Positions 12,969-24,984 of a DNA stretch of 64,000 nucleotides are shown one piece after another (the first letter of the stretch is position 1; every line of letters starts with the position of its first letter). The notes beneath the pieces were generated by a model. The model did not search any database, was not told the DNA's origin, and saw nothing but the letters and a program-made list of their open reading frames with translations. The stretch spans positions 310,001 to 374,000 of the forward strand of contig CDMY01000347.1 of assembly GCA_001179505.1 (NCBI GenBank). Reading direction: 5' to 3'. This DNA is from Vitrella brassicaformis CCMP3155 (lineage: Eukaryota; Protista; Chromerida). A program made the translations under genes and the position numbers.

Positions 12969-13750
12969 GCTGGCAGGGGAGAGGCCTTGATGATCTAGTT
13001 AGCCGCACACTTGTGTCTGTCTCTGTCTGCCTGTCTGTCTGTCTTGCGGTTTGGCTGTTTGGCTCCTTCCACCCATCCACTCACTCACTCACCAGTCATA
13101 GACACACGCATCCCACCCAGATTGGTATGTCTTTCCTCCTTGGGTGTGTATGGCTGCTGTGTCGGGGGTGCGTGGCTGCTGGTCGATTCGGTGTGTGTAT
13201 GGGTGGGTGGTGGAGTGTATCGGTGAACATGGTATGGTATGACGCCTGCCATGGAGGGTGTCACGCCATGCCATGAAATGAGGACGATTTCTTCCTTCCT
13301 CTCATTTGATTGCATGGTTTATTGACATTACTTACACATAAGTCTGTCTGTCTGTCAGCCCCGACACACTATACAGTGACAGACAGACAGGCACCATTGA
13401 CAGCGAAGAGGCAATGGATCAGGAACAACCACACAAACAATATGGCGCATATTGCGCTGATTGTCCGCAATAGCCTGCCGACATGCACATGTCGGCAGAT
13501 GGACCGGCCTACCTAGGCACCGCACCCTCCGCACACGCATCACTTGAGCCCTTAGCTGTACACCAGGCCATCACACACGCAGACGTACAGAGCGACAGAG
13601 AGAGAGTGAGAGAGAGTGCGTGAGATCCTCAAGACAACACCACAGAGCCACCACTACGGCAGAGAAGTGAAGCTTTACACACCGCACCCCAAACCCTTTA
13701 TACTTTGACGCACGCACATCATCTGCACATTCATCCAAACATTACACACA

Positions 13751-14785
13751 TTAGGCAGTGCCCCCTGGCAAGCCCGCTCGCTGGGTGTCGAGCACAGGCG
13801 GCTCGGGATGACCTCCAGACGAGGAAGATGCCGTCGTCTCCGATCCGCCATCAGTCGCCGCCTCTTGGTCGGTCGTCATCGGCTGCACCTGCACCACGGT
13901 CGCTGCGGTGGGCGCTGCGCCCGGCGCGTTTGTCTTGGGGGCGAGGGAGGCTCGAGCCTCCAAGAAGCGGATCGTCATGGTGCTGCTCTCGCCGGTAGTG
14001 GCCGTATATGTGCCGCTAATGACTGACTGCTGGCGGTTGAGGAAGCGGCCGGTGAAGTCCACATCTCGTAGGCCCCAAGAGACTTGATCGCTGTTCGCGT
14101 TGGAGAAGCCATTGACCTCGACGGCTCCGGGGAAGCTGTGGCCCGTCACAGTGCCATCGTACTCGAATGTGAGAAGGTAGGCGCATCCTGTGCCGGTCCC
14201 CTGGAAGGTGCCGATCCACTTGCCAGACGGAGGGGGTGTCGATGCCGGGATCGGGTTGACGCGCCTCTCTCGCCTGGTGGCGGGGGACTGTGAAGCGAAG
14301 ATTGGAGTGGTCGCTGCGGTGGATGCGGAGGGCATCGATGGTATGGTGGAGGCAGAGCGGTCGGCCTCGTTGTCCGTGGCATTGTCGCCACCTGGCGGAA
14401 GGCGTCGCGACATGCACCACGAGGACGGGGTGCAGCACCACACACGCCACGAAAGGGGGACGTAATGGGGGATGATTAGAATAGCCAACACGAATAGCAT
14501 GAGGAAGACGGAGAGGCCGATAATGCCGGCAACCATGGCGATAATCACCCCGTCAACGTCGGTAGAGCCATCACTGCCGCCAGAGCCGCCGATGAGAGTG
14601 CCGCCACGGGGGATCCCAGGGGAGTCAGTGTAGCCTCCGCCACGGGGTGGGCTGAAATCGGGTACCCTGATACGGAATCCCAACCGGCGGCCCTCAGCAT
14701 CCACCAGAGTGGGGACGGCCGACAAGAGCACCACAGCGGCGAGACGCGCCGACAGCAGAGGACGGCGGCAGACAATAACGGCCAT
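13751..14785 (-). CDS. Intronless predicted type I membrane protein (signal peptide, one TM helix, beta-rich cytosolic domain)
   Basis: 344 aa ORF with a hydrophobic N-terminus (LLSARLAAVVLLSAVPTLVDA), a TM segment (GVIIAMVAGIIGLSVFLMLFVLAILII) and a beta-strand-like block (GKWIGTFQG...YLLTFEYDGTVTG...VDFTGRF...ISGTY). Confidence 0.7.
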   Translation of the reverse strand: MAVIVCRRPLLSARLAAVVLLSAVPTLVDAEGRRLGFRIRVPDFSPPRGGGYTDSPGIPRGGTLIGGSGGSDGSTDVDGVIIAMVAGIIGLSVFLMLFVLAILIIPHYVPLSWRVWCCTPSSWCMSRRLPPGGDNATDNEADRSASTIPSMPSASTAATTPIFASQSPATRRERRVNPIPASTPPPSGKWIGTFQGTGTGCAYLLTFEYDGTVTGHSFPGAVEVNGFSNANSDQVSWGLRDVDFTGRFLNRQQSVISGTYTATTGESSTMTIRFLEARASLAPKTNAPGAAPTAATVVQVQPMTTDQEAATDGGSETTASSSSGGHPEPPVLDTQRAGLPGGTA

Positions 14786-15089
14786 TTCTTGCAGCGTCAG
14801 AGAAGGTTCCTCTCAGAGATAACGGACGCAGATGAGCTCGTTGGATGGGCAGCCGCCCAAGACAGAGAGGAGAAGCGAGACTGAGACCAGAGAGAGCACA
14901 GAGAGAAGCAGGCCGAGTGCGGTTCGAATGGTTCGAAGCTCTCAAGCTGCGAAGCGAAACATGCTTTGCGTTTTACGGCAGGGAGTTGCCGAGCTCGCAT
15001 TGCGAGGAGGCTTTCTTCTCTGCAAAAAAGGCCAGTCCGAGGTCTCTCTTAGTTCCCGCATCGCCGGCCCTTGTAGCTCTGTGTCACTG

Positions 15090-15782
15090 ATGTCTGCCGC
15101 GTTTGGTTTCGACGGCCCTCACGCCACCTCCACCGCCAAGTCCAGCTCCACCTCCCTCCCTCGCCGCTCAGTGGCCCACCGGCAGCCTCACCGTCACCAC
15201 CAATCGTACGCTCGCCGCACCGTACGGACCCCTGCGGCAGCGGCCTCGCCTGACGCTCGGCCTGACGGTCCGCCCTCGCCCTCGCAGTCCCGTCCCGGCG
15301 CCGCCATTCCCAGCAGCGAGGACGGCAATGTCAGTCTGCAGGCGGCGGTGGCGCAGTGGCAGGCAGCAGGGCTCAGTGTGGGCATCTTCAACCGCACTAC
15401 CGGCCTCACAACCAACCTGCCTCCTGTGCCACCGACTCCACCTCCCCCCCTGCCGATGGGCACCATTCCCAGCGACTCGCCCAACCGCACCGTGTACCGC
15501 GTCAAGGCCAAGAGGGGGCTGGACGGCCGCCGCTACGAGGCCTGTCTGCACCAGGACGGCCGCTCCCTCCTCGACCCCCACGGTGACGTGATCATGTTGC
15601 CCGAGGAGGGCGAGCAGTCGGGGTGGATGAACCTGGAGCTGGAGGGCGAGGACGAGGGGGGCCGGATGGTGGACCCACATGTTCAGCCTGTGGGACATGT
15701 GAGGCACTCGCGACATTCCTGGCGGTGAGCGAGGGAGGGAGAAAGGGAGGGAGGACGGGAGAAAGGGAGCAGGTCACACAGG

Positions 15783-15821
<39 letters not shown>

Positions 15822-15882
15822 GCGTGTTGTTAGGCGCGAAGCCTGGTCTGTCGAGAAGCTGCTGTCGCTGATGTTCATGTGA
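15090..15882 (+). CDS. Hypothetical protein; 2 exons
   Basis: ORF from MSAAFGFDG. A phase-2 intron (GTGAGC at about 15725 to TGTGCAG at about 15820) joins it in frame to RVVRREAWSVEKLLSLMFM*. Confidence 0.55.
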
Positions 15883-16234
15883 TCGGCTGACCTTATTTGC
15901 CTGCCTGCCTGCCTGCCAAGACAGACACACACACGCAAAGACACACACGCACAGAGAGAGAGAGAGAGAGAGCGTGTGCTGCATGGCTTGGCTGGCTGGA
16001 TGGATGGCGTGTGTGCGGTGTCGGTTCGTGTGCTAACGGTGTCTGTCGCCTTCTGTTGTGTGGCCCGTTCATTTGTCGGTGGTCTCTCTCTGTGTGCCCA
16101 CTGTGATCTGTTTGCTGTGATGGCCGGCTTGCGAAGAGATAGCGGCCGTCTCGTCTGTGGACTGTGTGCTGCTGTCGTATTACTCAGTGTGCTCTCAGGC
16201 ACATTGACACAGATGTGTGTTTATGTGTAATGTA

Positions 16235-16535
16235 GATATGTCTGTCTGCACGTAACACGAAGTAATCGACGTAATTGCTGCCTTCACTGTGCTGTGTGTC
16301 GCCTGCCTGGATGGATGGATGGATGGAGGGCTTTCATGTAAGGGTGTACTTAACGTTGTAATGTTGATATGTCTGTCTGCACGTAACACGAAGTAATCGA
16401 CGTAATTGCTGCCTTCACTGTGCTGTGTGTCGCCTGCCTGCCTGGATGGATGGATGGAGGGCTTTCATGTAAGGGTGTACTTAACGATATGTCTGTCTCT
16501 TCTTAACACGACATAATCGACGTAATCGCTGCCCT
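16235..16535. repeat. Tandem repeat of a 120-131 bp unit (two full copies and one diverged partial copy)
   Basis: The unit starts GATATGTCTGTCTGCACGTAACACGAAGTAATCGACGTAATTGCTGCC at 16235 and 16366, with a degenerate copy at 16486. Confidence 0.9.
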
Positions 16536-16812
16536 CTACTTAACGGCTTGTGTGCGTGTGAGCGGGGGACTGACAGACAGCGGGAGAGACCAGCGGGCAG
16601 CAAACAGACTTGAAACAGACCTTGAGAGTGATCCAATGCAATGCGCGTCTTACACCCACACGCGCGCACATTAACGTCACCGTGCTGCTGACAGAATATA
16701 GCCACCCTGGCTTGATTGCTCCTCAGTCCCCGACTGATTGGGGCAACTAATCCAACCACAAACACTCGCAGCCGTTTGCCGTTTGCTTTCGTCGTGTGAA
16801 AATCCCACTGCT

Positions 16813-17112
16813 NNNNNNNNNNNNNNNNNNNNNNNNNNNNNNNNNNNNNNNNNNNNNNNNNNNNNNNNNNNNNNNNNNNNNNNNNNNNNNNNNNNNNNNN
16901 NNNNNNNNNNNNNNNNNNNNNNNNNNNNNNNNNNNNNNNNNNNNNNNNNNNNNNNNNNNNNNNNNNNNNNNNNNNNNNNNNNNNNNNNNNNNNNNNNNNN
17001 NNNNNNNNNNNNNNNNNNNNNNNNNNNNNNNNNNNNNNNNNNNNNNNNNNNNNNNNNNNNNNNNNNNNNNNNNNNNNNNNNNNNNNNNNNNNNNNNNNNN
17101 NNNNNNNNNNNN
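16813..17112. other. Assembly gap (300 N)
   Basis: Run of N. Confidence 1.
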
Positions 17113-20100
17113 CCCCCCCCCAGACAAGGAGCCACCGATTGGTAGTGCGACAACGAAAGGTATGGCGTCGAAGGCTACCAAGCCGGCGGGAGAGGGCAGC
17201 GTGAGCTTCGGCCTGCAGCTGGGCGACGTCATGGCACTCCTGAAGCCCCTCGTGGTCAGCATTCATATCGTTCCTTAAGTTTGGGGGCTCATGAATGACG
17301 GACGTCTTCTGTTGTCGTTTTGTCTGCCACCAGACTGAGGCGATTGCGATGGACCCCGCGAAGGCCAAGGCGTTGCGCGTGCCTGAGGGGGAGGCGAGAT
17401 GGAGCGACCTCCAGGACCTGGCCCAGCAGCTCGAGAACGTCATGAAGAGGTGCAGAAAGAGAATCGACGAGAGGGAGACACCGAAAGTGCCCGAGAGCAT
17501 GGTGAGAGAGAAGCGCGAGACAGGTGCTGACGGACGAGAGACATGATTGTGTGCTGCCATCTGTCCGTCGCCAATCAGGACGCCAAAGTGAAGGCGCTGG
17601 AGAAGAAGGTCTCCGCCGAGGAAACCCTTCACAACTTCCTCTTCGACTCCCTCAACCTCTGCGACGAGCTCCTAGACGTCGCCCCGCTCACGCGCGCCTT
17701 TTCCAAGATCCTGGCGACAAGCATCCCGACGCTCGAGACGCAATATAGACACCTCCAGGACCAGTCAGAGACCCTCGCAGACCTGGTGCCGCCGCGTTTC
17801 TTTTCGACGCTCCATCGGCTTAAGCAGCATCCGGTGCGAAGCGGCTATCAAACACCGCGTACGGAGGTTGCTGCGCCGCCGGTGGGGCTGGGTGTGCCGG
17901 AGGATGAGGAGGAGGCGAGGCCGGAGTGGGGGGCCCTGCCGATGCCTTGCCCTATGCCCGTGAGAGGACGATTGCTCAGACTCGTGCTTGCGGACTTCAA
18001 AAAGTGAGAGAGACGAGTCGAGTCAAAGACCACGCGCATGTGGTTTATCTGCTTTGTGGTGTGGTGTGCGGATGTGTGTGTATCGTGGATCAGTTTCGAG
18101 AGGTTTCTGATGGCGTCCCTGCACTGTCTTCACGACGCCAGCCGCGAGCTCAACATTCTTCTCCCCTGGGACCGCAAGCCGCAGTCGGCCGACCTCCCGA
18201 CATTGGGCGGCGTGGTGCTCCTCTTCAAGGGCCGAGTGCAGTCACTGGGAGGCGCCATAGCCACCGAGACCAAGTTCGTGCCTCCGCTGATCTTCGCCGC
18301 CACTGCGGCCGAGGCCATCCTGCTGGAGAAGCTCTCCGACACCCAGGCACAGCCGGCGAGCACACACAAGTTCAAGCACACCGGGTCGGGCCTCTCCCTC
18401 TCGTCCATGACCGACGACCGCATGAAGTGCATCGTGGATTTCGACGAGAGCCTCACCCTCGATATCGACGACATCAAGGCTGACAACGCCAAAGCAGACG
18501 TGACCACACCCGCAGGTGGGGCCGTCAGGACTCCCAGGGCGGACGAGGACGGCGAGCCGACGGTGCAGGTGTCTGTCGATTTCTACATGCTGTTCCTGAC
18601 CCACAGCGAGGGGGAGGGGCTGCCGCCCCTCCTCACTTCCAGCGATGAGCACTGCCGATGGGCGGCGGGCGGGACGCACATCCCCTTCCCCACCTACAAC
18701 ACCAAGCACTACTCCATCGACGAGGAGAAGCTCGGCAGCGCCGGACGGCTCGAGTGGCTGTGTCGGTGGGAGGCCAACGTCGACATTTCGGAGGTCGTGG
18801 AGGGCTACCTCGACCTCAGGGGACGGCCGTCGGTGGTCTACCTGGCCGACTCAGAGCACCTGGCTCAGACGTCCGCCACCCGGCGCGCCGAGCTGGACCG
18901 GAAGACGTCATCAGTCGCTTCGTCCAAGGCGCTGAAAGAGCTGGACCGGCTCGCCACCCACGTCCGCACGGCCATGCGGCGTGACCTCGGCGGCCGCTCG
19001 CGCATGCCCTCTCTCCGGCTGTGCCTCTCGTCCATCCCGCCGACGGCCATCCCGCCCCCCTGTCCAGACGTCGAGTACTTTCCGGTGCTGCCAGGTCTGC
19101 TGCCGCCTGACCAGAGGAAGGTCATCCGTCTGCAGATACTGGAGGCGCCGACGTTCCCTGACCACAGCAAGAGCCTCTCTGCGCCGCTGCGGCCGTTCTT
19201 TATCGCACAGCTGCCCCGTGGCAGCACCTGGACTTCACCAGAGAGCAGCCACCAGGGTTTGCGGACCGGCCGGCACATCTCTGGGAAGGCGTCTGTTCAG
19301 CCGGGCACGAGTGAGGGTGAGGAGATCTCCTATGTGCACCACGGCGAGGTCTCCCTCAGCCGCACCGTCGGCGCCGTGCCCCACGGCCCCACCTACCGAT
19401 GGAACGAAATCGTCTGGCTGCCTTATACACCGGAGGACAGCTATGTCGCCCTGGACTTCTTCGCCGCAGACGGCCAGGGAGGCCATGCCGCCGTGGGTCA
19501 GCCGGTGGCCTTTGGTCGGCTGCCGGTGGACTCGCTGGCGATGGGGGGCGGGGATGAGTGGCAGCAGTGGGGGCCGCCGTCAGGTGGAGAGGGGGAGGTG
19601 CCCGAGGCGGAGGAAGACCTGGGTGCTGATGCTTCCCGGGATAATGAGGGGACTGGGCGAATAAGGACGTGCTTCCTCTGCCCGCTCGGCGAAGTTCGGT
19701 GAGCAAGGAAGAACAGTGGGGCATTTACACGTGGCCTATGTCTCACTGGTGTCAGGTATCGACTCTCGTTGGTTGGTCTGGGTGACGTGCCGACGAGCAT
19801 CGCCCCGTCAGATGTCTTCGCGGTCCACTGCGAGGCGTTCGAGAGCAGATTCACGCTGCACCAGGCGATCCTCGACGGCCCTAATGGCGCCCAGCTGTCC
19901 AACTTCGTCAAGTGCAGGCGAGTACAGCGCAGTCACGCCCGTCCCGTCGCCATTCGATCATTCAGTCTCCGTGTCTGTCTTCTCATCTCAGTGTGACATT
20001 CAAGCTGGGCAACGACGAGGTCACGGTGCTCGACGGAGGATGCCGCACATTCCACTCCGCCCCCCCCACCACCACCACCGCCCGCACCCCCATGCTGTGG

Positions 20101-20538
20101 GTGTGCTGGCCATCCCTCAACCTCACCTTCCCCCTCAACGCCTCCCACTTCGGCGGGCCACTGGAGCTGGAGGTCCAGGTCAGGGGGCACTTCGACACAC
20201 AGAAACAGCAGCAGGATGGGGGAGGGAGTCCGACAGCGAAGAGCGTCAGGAAGGGCTCTGCGGAGGAGCTGCTGCTGCATGGCAAGGAGGACACCACCAC
20301 GAAGCGTGTGCTGGGGAGGGTAGTGGTGCCGCTGCTTACTGCTGGTGGTGGGGAGAAGGGCGGCGTGAGGGGGATGGCCGGTGAGGTGAAGGGGCGGCTG
20401 AAGGAGACCACGGGGCAGTGGCTGGACCTCACTGACGGCATCTGGGCGACACCAACCGACGATAAAAAAGGTGGACCTCTTGCAGAAGAGAGAGACAGAC
20501 ACTGGGCAAACGTCACCCTGTGTCTCGCGCTTGGATAA
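17113..20538 (+). CDS. Large hypothetical protein with probable C2-like domains; the 5' end may lie in the gap
   Basis: Exons chain in frame from 17113 to the stop at 20538. C2-like stretches: IRLQILEA...YRWNEIVWLPY...VALDFF...FGRLPVDSL and LELEVQV...VLGRVVVPLL...QWLDL. Confidence 0.55.
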
Positions 20539-22457
20539 TTCAGGAGGTGCGTCGTGTCGCTGCCACAACCTTTCGCTGGTCGATGTGCGGTCGTCTGCCC
20601 CCTTTCAGCCAGTAACATGGGATCACCTGCCCACGCCACTCGCGCCCGTCCTCAACACACCATGACTCTGATGGACGATGGTCTTCTTGCATGGCTGCGT
20701 GTGTCTGGCTGACATTTTTCGTGGGCTTCTTTGTCTGTGCGCTTGCATGTTTGTCTGCCGGGAACGAAGCGAAGCTTGTGGGAGAGGTACCATCAATCAG
20801 TCACGGTCATATAGCTAGCTATACACACGAGTTGAGTTGAGTTGAGGAGTCAGTGAGCATGAGCATGAAATCGGAGATCGTCTGCCAACCGACGTGAGCA
20901 GCCATGAACGAACCATGTCATACTATCACCTGCCTCGTCAGAAAGCCCGCAGACCGAAAAAGAAGAGAAGAGCAAAGAGCGACCAGACAGCGAAAACCGA
21001 GCCGCGAAAAGAAAACCGCCCGGGCAGGCGCGCGCAAAGGAAAACGAAAAGGGACATGAAAGTTGAGAGAGGCAGGGGCGGGGGCGGGGACCATTGTGGG
21101 GGCAGGGAAATCTGCCATGTGGCTGGGGCATGAGATGCCTGCAGACAGAACCATGGATGGGTGGATGGATGGATGGATGATGGATGGATGGGCCGTCTCT
21201 GCCTGTTCTATCTCTCGCTTGCTACGAGTAGCCGGGCAGCTGTGCAAAACAGCACCACACCAGCCATCAGATCCCATCCCGTCCAGCCATCAGTGGGAAA
21301 GAGAGAGAGGCCGAGAGTAGAGCAGCAGCCGAACATTGACCACCATCCATCCATCCAACGTATATACACGGCGTCGTTGTCGTTGTGGTGGGTGGAAAAC
21401 CGACATATAAAGACACACCCTCCCTCCCTCCCTGTCTGCCTGTACACTTACAATGCCACATCCATCCATCCATCCATCGGCCCACTCACCACCAAAGATA
21501 TTACAAATCCACACACAGCAAGGCCTGGCCGTGATACGATCGACCAGCCTTGAATTCAGCTCATTCGTTGATCGACATTGACGGGGAAAAAACCAACACG
21601 CAGGCACGCAGGCAGTGATCATGGAGAATACTACGGGCACACCACACACATCCACACCCACACACATGTACGCCGAGAGAGAGAGAGAGAAACACTCCCC
21701 ATTTGGTCATGGCCAGACAAAGAGCCGGTTCTGAGCGCCTCGCCTCCGTCCGTCCACCAGCACCCAGCACACCACCTAGCTTCCTTGTTTATCATCCGAC
21801 CAGGCAGAGCCAGGCGGGTCTCTGATCTCTATTTCTCGGCTGTCTGCCTTTCTGTCTGTCGCGCGCGAAGGGGGAGGGGATCGCTGATGAGTGAGTGCAT
21901 CACACTGACTAGTTTACAGAAAACCACCCACACGCACGCAGACAGACATGGAGGCAGGGAGGCAGTGAGGTAGTGAGGCAGCAGCAAGGCAGGCAGGCAG
22001 GCAGGCAGGCAATGATAAAGGAAGAACAAACCGAACCAACCGCGCCGAGTCTGTCGTCTTTGTCGGACAAATTGTTGTGTTTGTGTAGAAAAAGAAAACA
22101 CACGCACACGCACACGCACACGCACACACGAAACGTAGGTATGAATGAAGCCATGGATGTCGACACAAACACACATACACATACAAACACACAAAGATGA
22201 ACAAAGCAACCACCGGGCCAGCCAGCCACCTCCCCACCCCCCACCCCCTCTTACCTGTGTCGTCACACATCCATCCATCCATCCCATTCACACAGGCACA
22301 GCCGTGAGCCAGAGGGCCGACTACGCCCCACGCACACCACACGCATCCGCCCTCGCTCCCTCCCCCACTTAATCATTACAAACACACACACACAAAACAC
22401 ACACATGCGATTCTCGCCCCCCCGAACCCCTGTATATATCACGTGGGAGTGGTGAGG

Positions 22458-24565
22458 TCACTCGTCGGCCTCTGCCCTGCGCGCCTCCGCCGCCTTCCAC
22501 GCGATGAGCTTGGGCCGCACGGCGGTGGAGGCGTTGCAGATCTCCTCGTGGTTGAAGTCAGCCAACACCGGCATGGCCACGTCGCCCGGCAACCTGACAC
22601 ACCACACCACACCACACACCAACACGCACAGAGCATGTGTGTGTGCGTGTGTGCGTGTGTGCGGGAGGGGGGGAGATGTGTGTGAGGGCGTGAGGGTGCC
22701 AACCGGGTGCTAGGGTCCCGAAGCTCGTCGAAGAACTCGTGTGCGAGTGCCTGGAATGGGACAGCAGGCACACTCGTGTGTTCAAATGACCTCCCTCTGC
22801 ATGTCTGTGTGGGGTGATGGGCGGCAGGCTGGTGTTCAGCTCACATCGTGGAGCGGCAGGCGCTTCTCGGGCTCGTACGCCAACAGGCCCGTCAGCAAAC
22901 CCAGCGCCTCGGAACACACACCACTACCCTCCGGGAAGATCTGAACACCCACACGCGCACACACACTCTCTCCCTCTCTCTCTCTCTGTCTCTGTCGCAC
23001 TATATCACGCACAAGCTGACCTTTGTCCACTGGCGTGGCTTGACTTCTGGGAATCTGAATTCGGTGTAGTTGGGGTTCATGGAGGACATCTGGTCGCGTG
23101 TGGGTGTGCCCATGGTCTGGATGATCTTGACCAGCTGGTCCACTGACGTCGTGCCCGGGAACAGCGGACGGCCCAGCATGATCTCGCCCATCACACAGCC
23201 TGGAGGGGGAGAGAGGGAGGGAGGGAGAGAGAGGGCGGGAGGGTCTGGCGTGTGGCTGCTGCTGGTGTGTATGTGTGTGTGTGTGTGTGATCTTACCGAT
23301 GGACCAGATGTCGATGGCTGTGGTGTACTCGGTGGCGCCGAGCATTAGCTCCGGCGCGCGGTAGTAGCGCGAGCAGATGTACGACACGCTACACTCACCT
23401 GACGGATGGACCCAATCAACCACACCACACCACACCACACCACATCACACCACACCATTCAGCTGCCCTTTCGTGTGTCCGCTCGTGTGTGTGGTGTGTG
23501 TGGTGTGTGTGTGTGTGTCCATTCGCCGCTGTCCGCTCAACGAACCTGGCTTCAGTATCTTAGCACTCTGAAGGGCAGACAACAGACAGCAGACAGGGGC
23601 AATAAACACACACCGTGTTCTGCGTTCGTTCAAGTCTTGCTCTCTGCTGCCTGCCATGTGTGTGTGTGCATGGCTCGGTCTCCTCACTCACCCCGAAGTC
23701 GCAGATTTTGAGGACGTGTCTCTTGGGGTCCACCAGCAGGTTCTGCGGCTTGATGTCCCGGTGGCAGATCCCCTGACACGACATACACACAGATGGGCGA
23801 TGGGCCATCCTATCTATCCCTGTGTGTGTGGTGATGGTGGTGGTGAGGTGGGGGTGGCATGCGATGCCATGCCCCCTACCAACCAGAGCGTGTAGATGTG
23901 CGACGCCTCTGCAGATCTGGTACACGTACAGCTTGACCAACACCATCGGCAACATGCGCTGCTGCCGCGTGTAGCCCTTCACCACCCTATACACCGTCTC
24001 AGGAATGCTAAACACACACACACACAGAGAGAGAGAGAGATGCGCTTGTGTGTGGTGCCTTGTCTTGTGATGTGGTGTGGTGTGGTGTGGTGTGCATACT
24101 ATTCCATGACGACGTTGAGGTTGGAAGCCTTCTCGCCGTGGCTGCCTGTGCGCTGCTGCTCGGCCGCTACGGGGGTGTAGTAGAAGTCACGCAACTCGAC
24201 CACATTCGGGTGCCGCAGCAGCTTCATGATGTCCAACTCGCGATTCTGAGTACACAACACATAACAGACACCAAAAACACGCACACATCCATCCATCCGT
24301 GTATAAGTGCAGTGCACTCGACCACACTCCAGCCACTTATGCGTGTGTGCCGCCGCGCCGCCCTCGCCCGCCCGCCCACCTTGTATCTAGGGTCCTGCAG
24401 CACCTGTTTGATGGCGACGGTCTCCTTGGTCTCCACAACCTGCGCCAGCGTCACGCTACCGAACGACCCGGCGCCCAGCGCCTTGCCCAGCGAATAGGCC
24501 TCCGACCCTCGCATCACCAGGGACGAGGAGGAAGCCTCCGCACTCGACGACTGCACCTCTGCCAT
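22458..24565 (-). CDS. GSK3: Glycogen synthase kinase 3 / shaggy-like kinase; multi-exon
   Basis: Motifs [84 protein letters not shown] and FFDELRDP. Confidence 0.95.
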
Positions 24566-24984
24566 CAGTGCGTCCGACCGCCGTATCCGCCTTATCTATC
24601 CCTCCGCCTTCTCCTCCGATCCCTCCCCCCTCTCGCGAAAGCCGCCCACCACGGGAATGAGGTGCGGCGGCTCACTTACGCGAGAGTTCAGGAGTCCTCA
24701 GTCATGTGGCCGCAGCAGCACAGCCCATCAAGTCATTCTTGTGTCGAGTAATGCCGCCGCCTAGGGTGCTCCCTGAAACCGCTGGCTCCTTGCAAACCCT
24801 TGACCCGAGAAACCCTACACTCGGCCCAGATCTCGCTGCCAGAACGAGGGGCGCGATTTCAGGTTGTTGTCGATGGCGAAACGTGAACGTGTGAACATCA
24901 TTCTCACGCCGCTGCTGTCGACAGGAACAGTGCGCGAATCTAGCGGCCTCTGGCCGCGACCCTCTTAGGCCGCTGCCCAGCATC

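Noticed and set aside
14915-14945. GGTTCGAA repeats as tRNA T-loop
   Set aside because: No cloverleaf stems or D-arm around them.
16235-16535. Repeat array as CRISPR
   Set aside because: The units are about 125-bp whole-unit duplications with no unique spacers, there are no cas genes, and the context is eukaryotic.
16481-17632. Long ORFs in the supplied track that span N gaps (also near 36311-37178 and 45425-46151)
   Set aside because: Artefacts of translating through N runs.
20640-22440. Many 60-150 aa ORFs rich in CV, TH, DR or LS dipeptides here and throughout the window
   Set aside because: These are translations of intronic or intergenic microsatellites and antisense shadows of GC-rich exons.
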